64,000 bases of DNA, taken from NCBI RefSeq assembly GCF_964355755.1, contig NC_092670.1:22058795-22122794 (forward strand), written 5' to 3'. Below are positions 24,336 to 34,615 of this stretch, in pieces. Position 1 is the stretch's first letter, and each line of letters opens with the position of its first letter. This DNA is from Antedon mediterranea (taxonomy: Eukaryota > Animalia > Echinodermata). A model generated the notes under the pieces. It had not been told where the DNA came from and did no database searches. It saw only the letters and a program-made list of their open reading frames with translations. Both the position numbers and the translations under genes were made by a program.

Positions 24336-27300
24336 CTAATCATCTGTAGATATGTTGCGGAATAGGTACGACATCGATTCGTTATGATGGATACGACGGA
24401 TAGCTTCCGCCATCGCTTGCGAGATATCTATCGTCCTGATCTTAGAACACTGCAGTTTTTGCAGCTTGTGTTGTAACGTGTTAGTCACGATGACCTGGGG
24501 GATAATATAAACATTAGCATGCACAAATAAACAAAAGCGCCCTCAACTTGTAACAAAATTAAACGGGATAACTGAAAAATCAACAAGATTAGTTTGTATT
24601 AAAAAGTATAAAGATTACTCCAAGAAATGGAGTATGTTGAGTCTGATTTCTGTGCGACAAGGAACTGTATCCTATAATTAATCGTCCTTTCATTTTTATA
24701 ACATTAATGACATCATACACTTCATTTATTGGAGTATGGATTACACTTTTGTATTTAGAAGGGTAAACTATTAACAAATTGGGTAAAGTGAAGGTGATAA
24801 AAAGAGGGATTTTAACTGTGATGGTGTTAATTAAAGTGTTCATTTTATGTAGGCTGCAGCTACGAGTCATGTTTAGTAGCCATATCTATACTTGACCCTT
24901 AATAATCTCCACATTAACCAGATCCCAGCAGGGAACGGGATTCCTATTTCTAATCAATTAAATGAATCTCGTACAAGACTCAAAGATACAACCTGAACCA
25001 ACAATCTCAAACACCATCAATATGTAATGTAGATCCTAGAAATTGACTTTTAAACTTTATCAGTGCGCCGCTCCATAAATGTTTACAAGTATAGAAATAC
25101 TGTAGTTATTTCACATGACTCTCCACAAGCATAGCCAATTTGTTTATTTATCCAATTATCTATAATTTTTGTTATTGTGTTAATTTCCCATAACCTTTGC
25201 CTTCTTTACACAAATTGCAAGGGTTAATTTTTGTGGATATAAAAATCTAAGATTATCAAAGGGAAAAATAAATACAACAAAATATAAACAAAAGCAAAAA
25301 TTATAAAACAATAATAAACTATATAACTTTAGAAACAATTAAACAAATTCAACTCTACCTCGTCTATACATGACTCTTCAATTTTTTTGGGTGCATCGGC
25401 GGACAAAAGTCCGTGAGTTGCCATTGCGTAAATTTTGTATGCTCCTCGTTCTTTAAGGATCTCCGCAGCTGCTACGAATGACTCTGCTTCATCTATCATG
25501 TCATCCTGTAGAAATTATAAAGTAATTAATTACTAATTTTGTAGTGGAGCTGTAGTTTGGTGGTTTCGTACTTGCCTTCAAATCCAGTGTTCAATCCTGA
25601 TAGGGTTGTAAATCACGACTCTTTCAACTCCACTCCCCAAATCCAAATGAAATTGTTAAAATTTCATATGCATGCATTAATACATGGATAAATTATAAAT
25701 AGTTTATTCATCCTGTTACTAGCGAATTGGATGCATATGAAATTTAAAAAAAATTATTTGAGGACTCTATGCCAAAAAAAAAACAAAGATTAAACAGAAG
25801 AAAATGATGGTAATTGTACTTGCAAGGTTCTCATGGGGATGGGGGTTGGGTATTTATGCTTTTATTAAATATATCCTTACCACAATAATTGCAATCCTTC
25901 CACCAACATCTCCAACCACATTGATTGGTGGTTTCTCTTTTGGTATCAAAACTGTAAAAAGAAATCATGTAACATCATAAGAAATACTCACTCATCATGG
26001 AAACCATGGGTTATCTTGATAAACAAGAAACAGGATAAATAAGCAGTTATAGCAAGCATATTATAATATTGTTTGAAGGTTTGTATGGCGGAATTAAATG
26101 TTGATACAAAGTACACCGCATGTATATATAGTTCATAAAAAAACTAGAGTTTTTTTCTTTCTTTCTTTTGAGCAATATACTTTATCGTCCTCACTCCTTA
26201 CTAAAGAGAGTTATAAAAAGCCAGGAACATTTTCACAGCCTAACATAAGTGCTACAATACCTGGTAACATCTGCATTCCATCCACAGTTCTAACAGTAGG
26301 AGGAGAATGTCTACCATCAATGTGTTCTGAATCAGTTTCTTTATGTTCTCCATGGATGACTGCTAGGCCTAGACGAAGCCGATCAGCAAAAGATGTAGCT
26401 CGTTTGGCAGCTGCTGGGTTTCTTGCAACTATTACAGCATTCCGCCAATCTGGAATCTGTATATATATTTAATTAATATTATAATAATTATATTAATTTT
26501 TTTGATGATGAAATCTGATGTGGGACAGTAAATCTATCTTTGATATAAACGCACAATGTTTATGAAATTTGAACATGGCCATTCGATTTTTTGGGCTTTA
26601 AGGCAGAGTCCGTATAACCAAGGCAATCTAACAACAGAATGCTGAACTCCGGAGATCAAAGGGTTTAATCGGTGGCTGCGACACGATCAGTTCCACGCCC
26701 CTTAACAGACACTGCCCACCAGAAAGAATATGTACATAGTACAGTACGGCTGGTTTTTGTCGCAGCAAGACATCAAGAGACTGTTACGAGTTCTATCTTG
26801 TCAAGGCGAGCTCAGTGTCCTGTTGTTAGAATGCCTTGGCATAACAGCAAGTAACTATTCACAAACAAATCATATACCTTTCAAATCAAGTCATACAGTA
26901 GAACCCATATAAAGAGACAACATTGAGACCTAACCAAATGTCTCCTTAAAAGAGTCCTCTGGGCTTTGGTTGTTAGTGTTAAAACATATATTTTCCTGTG
27001 TTCAGTTCCTTTCACAGGAAAGTGTCCCCTTCATTAGTGTTTCCTGAATATAAATTTCCCTAAAGTTCTACTGAACTGAACACTATACGTACATTTTCTT
27101 GTATATATTGTACAATAAAAGGAGACGCCCTCAAGTTGTCTACTGGTATGTCAAAGAATCCCTGGATTTCCTTATGATGTAAATCCATTGTAATAATATG
27201 GTTCATTCCTGAAAACAACCAGCAATCAGTATTCAAATAATATCAAAATTCTGTTTGAATTAGCCAATTATTTGGCTAAACTGAATAAAACTAAATGTAT

Positions 27301-30300
27301 TGACCAATTGTGTACCAGTATTCAAATATAAAGATAAGTGGTAGTAAGGGATTTGAATAAAACTCACCAGCTCTTGAAAGCATAGTTGCAAGTAATTTTG
27401 AAACAATTGCACCCCTCTTCCTCATCTGACTCTGCTTGCTGTATGGGAGGTATGGAATGACGCCCACAATGGACTTTGCACATGACGTCTTACAGGCATA
27501 TGTCATTATTAAAAGCTCCATAATGGCATTGTTTACATCACTGTTTTAAAATTAAAAAAAATAATTTTAACAGTCAATTTATCTAAAAACAGATTCACAT
27601 AAAAAATAAACCACTAGAGTGTCGCAAGACAGTTTTGCCGGGCTTAAAAGTGTATGCTATGCTCTACAAACTGTCTTAAGATGCAAGCTCACATTGGTTT
27701 ATATTTGATGAATCTGTTTTACCTATATTACAAAGGCAGATGTTTTCAGTGTCAATTTATCTATGTCTCTGTAAAGTAAATTCAGGTATACAGTAGGTTT
27801 GTTAAGAAAGATGTTTTATGTCATCTTGTAATTGTCAGGTTATACCCTTTTCACATCTGCATAAATTGTTACAACTTGTTACAAGTTTGATCTCCCGACT
27901 TATTACACGTTTTTACACACCTTGTGAAATCTCGGGAAAAAGCGCTATTTGATTACTATGATTGGTGAGTTTAATAGCAGGGCAATACACATGCGCTCTG
28001 AACATATTGGAACAAAAACAGGCCTCTCATCAGTGGATTTTTACAACTTGATACAAGTTGTTGCATTTTGCAGATGTGAAAAGGGTATAACTTGCTGTTA
28101 AATGTAATTTTTTACAACTTACTCTGAACCAGTCTGTATGAGAAAAACATCTTTGCCTCTAACAGACTCATCAATGTTAACAGTTGTTTCTAAATTTAAA
28201 AAAAAAACGGTTTTATTATTTTGAATTGGAAAGCAATTTACAGTATGAGTTTTTGGGCCCATATATGGACATGATGATGAACTACCATTTAAGCATATCA
28301 CTACCATATTTGGGCATATCACACACATATCACATATTTTTGTCAAACTAGTTTGATAGTGTAGACAGAGCATTAGATTCATTATCAACATCATTTCAAC
28401 ATGTATTAGTGAAGGAATCATTGTGAATTGTCAAAGTAAAACAACTCATTTCTGAAAAACTGATTCATGATTTTTTAATGTGAATTAATTGTTTGTTTTA
28501 GTTTCAAGAAGAATGCTGTTGAAAGCTCTTTAAATAATTAACGCATTTAAGTCGAACATGAAACTTTTTCAATTCAATTTAACAGGTTGTTTTAATTTTC
28601 ATACTGTACCTTTGTTTTCTTGTAAATAAATATCAGCCTTGCCAAGCTCTGTACAAAGTCGGCTGTAAAAACAAAAATCACAAATCTGCTTCATGATTGG
28701 ACTCATGGCTTAATCTTCATTCAGGATAAGTTAATTATCTTGTCCATTTACAGGAAGTCTTAGATGATATCCCAATATTTGAACAAACAGGCAGCTGGTC
28801 ACAAATATTAATTTTTCAGAAGGAAAACACATTTTTTAAATTTACACTACATACATACGTACATATAGTTTGAATATTTAGACTTATAATTATTGTGTCA
28901 TCATAATATCGATCACACAAACACTCTAGCCTAGAATAGGCTAGGCCTAGGTCTTAATTTTTAATTTGTTATTATTTTATATTATAGACACTAGGCCTAC
29001 CTGGGAAGTAGTTAGGCCTATATACAGTAATAATAAATAAAAGGCGGCATATAATTAATAATTCTAAAAAATTTTAAAACATTAATATTAAAATACAAAT
29101 AATTTTTAAATAGAGAAAGGTGTGAAATTGCGATTATAATATGCTCGTAACTATATTTCATTAACAAAAAAATCAAAAACATTAGGCCTAGGCCTAATAT
29201 AATATACTATATTATAGGATATTTCATAAAAATACTAATAATAATCAGATCTAGGCTTTGCCCCCCACCCCCCGACTAGGGAATCAGCCGGGCCTTCCTA
29301 ACTAGAAATGAGAAAAATACTAATAATAATCAGATCTAGGCTTTGCCCCCCCACCCACCCCGACTAGGGAATCAGCCGGGCCTTCCTAACTAGAAATGAG
29401 TAGCACTGTAACGCCAAATGAAGTGACATTGCCAAATGAGGTTCACGTGGCCTGTATCGCACAAGGCTAGGTCACTTAATTTGGCAGCACGTTTCTGGCG
29501 AGCTAATCGTGTTATAAATATTGATATTACTTATTTCCAAATAAACACAAACTGAAAATTATTAACCGGAGTATTTCTAACCTAATAACCTTTACTCATT
29601 GTATGAAATTAAACCATTATAACTGAAACATACGACGAAAATTTACTATTTTAGTGTAAAAAACGAAAGGCACTGTTCATCGAAAAATCTAGAAAACTCG
29701 AAATGCATGATGGGAAGCCTATCGACCCCTTTCGAAGCAGCTGGAAAAGGAGACTACTCGTTTTAGCGCCAAAGGAAAGTGTCTGAAGTCACGTCTGCAT
29801 GTTATGCGGACATGGTCTGGGACAATTTGCCTTTGGCGCTAAAGCGTTTAGTGTTTGAGTTATGGGACGCTATTGCTGCATTATTTTCTAGTAATAATTT
29901 GATTTGACGTTCCTTTCGTCGGTACATGGTTCCCGTTATTATTTTGTTCGGTTTTATGAATTTCTATGTTTATGTTTTCAAATTAAAATGATTATTCGTT
30001 GAATATGAATGTATCCTGTTATTCTACTGATTATTATATATATTTTTTTGTTTAACATTGCTTACTATTTAATCAATTCCGTTTTTTTAAATGTATATGA
30101 CCAATGTTATTTAGGCCTACATGATCACATTTTTGTCACTTATTATACCTACAGTATAACACTATATTTCCTTTGATGTCTGAAACATTAAAACATAAAT
30201 TTGCAATACTATGGCGAACCTAAGTCGCAAATTGTTAGTTGGATATTCGTTATAATTTCATCATCTCATTTGTTACACATGTGTGTGTGACCTATAATAA

Positions 30301-33300
30301 ATAAATAAGGGATGGTAGGCCTAAAGGTAGTCGAGGGGAAATTCATCAAATTGTTTCATCAAAACAATAACTCATAAGGTCGGAAACATTTAGATAATGG
30401 AACCAAATTTTGCAATAAAGTCTTTATTGCAAAATTTGGTTCCATTATCTAAATGTTAAAAGATGAGATATTGCCTTGTTCTCTTTTGTTATCAATCTTT
30501 TCATGTCACGTACCGTAATAGAATGTAACAGTTGAACATGCATATCACAATAAATAAATAATGGTACCTAATTAGTTCAGCATTTTCATCAAGTTTTAAC
30601 AATATTTGATGTCGGAAACATTCCCAATAATATAGAGACTAATTTTGCAATATGTTAGATATTTTATTCAGCTGGTACTTTTTACCTTGATGTCAGAAAC
30701 ATTTGAACATAAATTCGCAATAATGGATCATAATTGTGCAATGAAGTCGTCATCTCATTTTGTTCATATCGATGTGAGAAACAGTTTGGATGGGAATGTG
30801 GTGAGCGAAATTCTAAGCAAGCTAAATACATGATACAGTTATTTTAAGGTTGGGAACACAACGTGAATTCGCAAATAATTGAACGTAATTTTGCAATAAA
30901 GTCGTCATCTCGTTTGTTCATATTACGATGTGGGAAACAAGTTTGGATGGGAATGGGGTGGTGAGCGAAATTCTAAGTAAGTATTACTTCGAAGTCGGAA
31001 ACAACCTTAAATTCGCAATAATGCAATGGAACCTAATTTTGCAATGAAGTCGGTCACCTTGTTTGTTCATACGATGTTGAAAGCATGTTCGGAGGGGTGG
31101 ACGAAATTCTAGGAAGCTAAATACAGTTACCGTAGTTATAACACTACTTATTTTGAGGTCAGGAATATTAGAATTTATACTTAAATGGAACCTAATTTTG
31201 CAATGGAGATTGCATGCGTTATTTTCATCTCGATTGTTCGTTCCATCAATTCATACGTCGTACATAATATGGAACATGCATGCACTTTTATACTTTGTGG
31301 GGTGATAGAATGGGATGCTACTGTAAGTTAATATTTTTTATTTATTGACATACAGTAATTTAATTAGCTATATCGATGGAATAGTAGATTAGGCCTATAT
31401 TTACACATTTGCAGCCTTCACTATTTATAGAATAAATCAGCATTAAATAAGCCAGTGGGTAAATCTTTATGGAATTCATTTAAAAGCAATATGCTATATA
31501 ACATTGAATGTGAAAGATATAACAATAAAGAAACAAGTATAGAAAAATGGGTAGCTTTAAGAAATACTATTATGTTAATATAAATTCTAATTTGCTCGAT
31601 TATCAGAAAAGAATTCACTGTGATACGAGTTACAGGTGGTGCTGATCTGATTTAATTCGTTTTATCTTGTATATAAATACATTGTATAATCGGGGTTGTA
31701 AAATTAAACAAACAATTGAAAATCTCACAAATTCTTTATGTGTAAAATATTTTAAAACGAAGAACATTAATGAAAATAGGAGGCAATACGGAATTCATAA
31801 ATGTAAAAATGTTACTGATGAATTGTAACGACATTGGGAATTAACAAATGTGTTAAATAATATGATTTTATGTAATGACATGAGATAATATATGAATGTG
31901 GATAAAAGTGGTGTTTGCGCCACAAAAGAGAAAAAAAAAGCTATCGATGGAATGGTGGGTACGAAATCCATGATAATATAGTTACTTATCTAAAATAAAT
32001 TCGACGGGAACCTGATTTTACAAGAGGACCTCTTATATGAGTTTGTGAGGACTCCGTTTATAGAGGACATCTTAATATCTGTTCTAAAGACTCCTTATAT
32101 CAGTTCTAGAATTAACCTTAATTCAATTCAAATTGATCAGTTCTTTTCTAATGAAGAATCTGGGCAATTTACAATCAAGCAACAACACCACATAATTCTA
32201 CGTGAATTCTGCTGTACGTGAGCTAGCCTTAATAATACCGCCTGATTACGGTATATAGGCCTACAGTATTAGCTTCAGAATAAAGGACAACGCATTCTAC
32301 AGATATTAAAACAGAATGAAAATATTAAATTGGCTTCGTTGAAATGTTGTACCTTGATAGACAGACCCCCAAGCAGACAGCCCACATTACTGTACAGACA
32401 ATCTGCACTGCAGCACAATCTATTGGTTTTAACTGTACACGCGGTGATTCAACTAAAAGCAGTAAAAACATTTTGGCACACAAGGCGTTTCATATAATTT
32501 GCAGACCATGACCGAAGCACTTCCGCTTCGATCTATTCGACGAAAATCAAAAAAGGATAACTATTTTCTGCTTTATATTTAATTTACGCCGTGGTTAGGA
32601 TTCCGGCACCGGAACTCAACTGCCCAGCGTTAGGGAATCCAACACGCTATTGCGCATGCCCAGAGCGAGGTAATCGGCGACTCTATACTTATCAACAGCG
32701 ATGGATCATTTCATAGCTGCGCCACACGGCGAACTAGCCTATAGATGCCTACTAATACGGGATCCACTAATCTAGGCTAGGGCTACCAGTTAGACGTGAC
32801 CAGTGGGCCTATTTATTTTGTAATTAAAAAGTGGTTGCTTTATTCATATAAACTTCATATCATTATGAATTATAATAATTACATGACTAGTTTTATGATT
32901 TTTCATAACGCATTATACTGTACATAACAACAGGGAGTTGTCCCTGATAACAACATGCAACCACAAGTTGGATGTGAAAAAACTGTTCGGGAAGTCAGGG
33001 TCGCAACGCTAAAAACAGCATTACGAATCTTAGATAGAAACTGATACTTATTAATATCATTATAATTATTTTAACGCGTGGCGTAGTCGTATTTTAATTA
33101 TTAATTCATGTATGGCATAGGCAAAGTTTCATCCATCGCTCTCTCCCTCGCGCAACGACTATCTAGGCTACAGTAATCCCTATAACACTCCGACTCTCGG
33201 TGGTGTGGTGTGTGTGGCACTCTATATAAGTGCAAGCTATAATTCACTTCCCAGCGCAATAGCGTGTCGGATTCCCTAACGGTGGGCAGTTGAGTTCCGG

Positions 33301-33700
33301 TGCCGGAATCCTAACCACGGCGTTTAATTTAATGTAATAGCTTGATCTAATAACAGGCGTAACAACACAGAATACATATTGTAGTTTAATACTGGCTTAA
33401 ATATGTTTGTTTTATATAAACTGTATTTTACAAAATTACAATAGAACTTCATTTTGCAATAGTACCTAATTTGGCGCCTTAGACGCCAAATTAAGTGCGG
33501 TACCTCATTTGGCAGTGGTACCTCATTTGGCGTGACAAGCACCAACAAGGCTACCTGGCTACTCTAGGCATAACTCTACTAGCCTAGGCCTAGCCTAGCT
33601 ACAGTAGCTAAATTTAAAATATATTTACGTACGTTGATATTAAACGAGCTAATTCCGGGTGAGAATTGCCAGTAAATATTACCATCCCCCCTCTTGACAT
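24336..33700 (-). CDS. PRPSAP: Phosphoribosyl pyrophosphate synthase-associated protein (non-catalytic PRPS homologue), isoform with last exon A, about 349 aa
   Basis: Exons 33633-33700, 28610-28662, 28123-28189, 27368-27540, 27093-27208, 26261-26456, 25881-25951, 25359-25505, 24336-24494 total 1050 nt. PRPSAP-type motifs [21 protein letters not shown]...DGRHSPP and [23 protein letters not shown] are present. The PRPS catalytic motifs are altered: [24 protein letters not shown]. Confidence 0.95.
25540..25640 (+). mobile_element. Degenerate tRNA-derived SINE-like repeat (copy 2)
   Basis: GTAGTGGAGCTGTAGTTTGGTGGTTTCGTACTTGCCTTC...GTTCAATCC (A- and B-box-like); similar to the copies at 4695 and 36700. 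Confidence 0.55.
26619..26838. mobile_element. 220-bp non-autonomous element with CA...TG termini and 7-bp TSD (P-element-like MITE)
   Basis: TIRs CAAGGCAATCTAACAACAG / CTGTTGTTAGAATGCCTTG. Flanks are GTATAAC (26612-26618) and GCATAAC (26839-26845). Confidence 0.7.
26896..27073. mobile_element. Degenerate TcMar-type MITE (CAGTAGAAC...GTTCTACTG)
   Basis: TA|CAGTAGAACCC at the left end and GTTCTACTG at the right end. Related fragments lie near 40815, 42495 and 50388. Confidence 0.45.
27839..28091. mobile_element. MITE with about 45-bp imperfect TIRs
   Basis: GTTATACCCTTTTCACATCTGCA...ACAACTTG at the left is inverted as CAAGTTGT...TGCAGATGTGAAAAGGGTATAAC at the right. Confidence 0.7.
29228..29400. 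repeat. Tandem duplication of an about 85-bp unit
   Basis: AAAATACTAATAATAATCAGATCTAGGCTTTGCCCCCC...GACTAGGGAATCAGCCGGGCCTTCCTAACTAGAAATGAG occurs twice, near-identical, ending at the left TSD of the 4.1-kb element. Confidence 0.85.
30170..31260. repeat. Degenerate tandem array (about 130-190-bp units) inside the 4.1-kb element
   Basis: Recurring core GTC(G/A)GAAACA...AAATTCGCAATA...GGAACCTAATTTTGCAAT(A/G)AAGTCGTCATCTC(A/G)TTTGTTCAT near 30177, 30379, 30691, 30850, 30993 and 31157. Confidence 0.65.
32587..33322. mobile_element. 736-bp MULE-like non-autonomous element nested in the 4.1-kb element
   Basis: About 70-bp TIRs CGCCGTGGTTAGGATTCCGGCACCGGAACTCAACTGCCCA...GCTATTGCGC. The 9-bp TSD TTTAATTTA lies at 32578-32586 and 33323-33331; a 7-bp TSD reading is also possible. 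Confidence 0.8.
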
Positions 33701-34615
33701 TGTTGATTTAGATAGTGAGGCTTGTCGCCTACAACTGGTAGCTAACGACAAAATTGTGTATGATTGTTTCCAGATTTCAGAAGAAAAAAACACAAACGTC
33801 ACAACGGCGGGGGACACGAGACGCAACCAACGACAAGTTAAGCAGCAAGGAAGAAGAAGCAACAACAAAATACTTTGGTTTTATCCAGGTCAACTTCTTT
33901 AGAGGTGGAGAAGGTATGACTTTCAAAACACGATAGTTATATGATAAATAATCCACTTTGATAATTTCAACATTATACCAAAATATATTTTAGAAATTTA
34001 AGTATTTTATATTTCTTTTAAAACTACAAGAATATAAATTTATGATTATTAGCTTTAACTATAATAATAATTTCCCACTGAGCCTAAATATTTTAGCCAA
34101 TCACAGAAAATCTCTCAAAAAACATGTGGAGCAATAAAAATAAACAAATACGACACAGAACACGTATGACATGGCCCATGCAGAGTAAAATCATCTATGA
34201 AACACCTACAAAAAGTAAATATCTTCATTAATAACAAATATTGATATACAAATATGGTTTAGTTGTTTTTTTAGATTAAAATCATAATAATTCATATAAA
34301 AAAATAGGTCTAGTCGCCTAGCAAGGCCTATTCTAGACTATTAGGTAGGCTGGCAAATATAAAAGGTATATGGGCCTATTACTACTACTATTACTAATAT
34401 ATAGTTAATATAAGGTGATCAAATAAAATGCATTGTCCCACATCTTTCAAGTCTATGTATCCTACCTTTTATGTAGCTATACAAAATTTAGATTTTGTTT
34501 ACTTATGTATTGTTTTATAAAATAAAGCTTTGTGTTTATTCATGGAGTAAGTTACTCCATGGTTTATTAACTTTTTTTACAGCTTAATAGATTTTTACAA
34601 AACTGCATTGTGACA

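Larger units (their letters stand above)
29407..33537. mobile_element. 4.1-kb non-autonomous DNA transposon with TGT...ACA ends and 5-bp TSD (Ginger2/TDD-like)
   Basis: Left end TGTAACGCCAAATGAAGT...TGCCAAATGAGG; right end CCTCATTTGGCA...CCTCATTTGGCGTGACA. AGCAC is duplicated at 29402-29406 and 33538-33542. No transposase ORF is visible. Confidence 0.75.

Noticed and set aside
30170-31260. Repeat-spacer appearance suggesting a CRISPR-like array
   Set aside because: The units are long, degenerate and similar throughout, with no unique spacers. The context is a eukaryotic intron with no cas genes.
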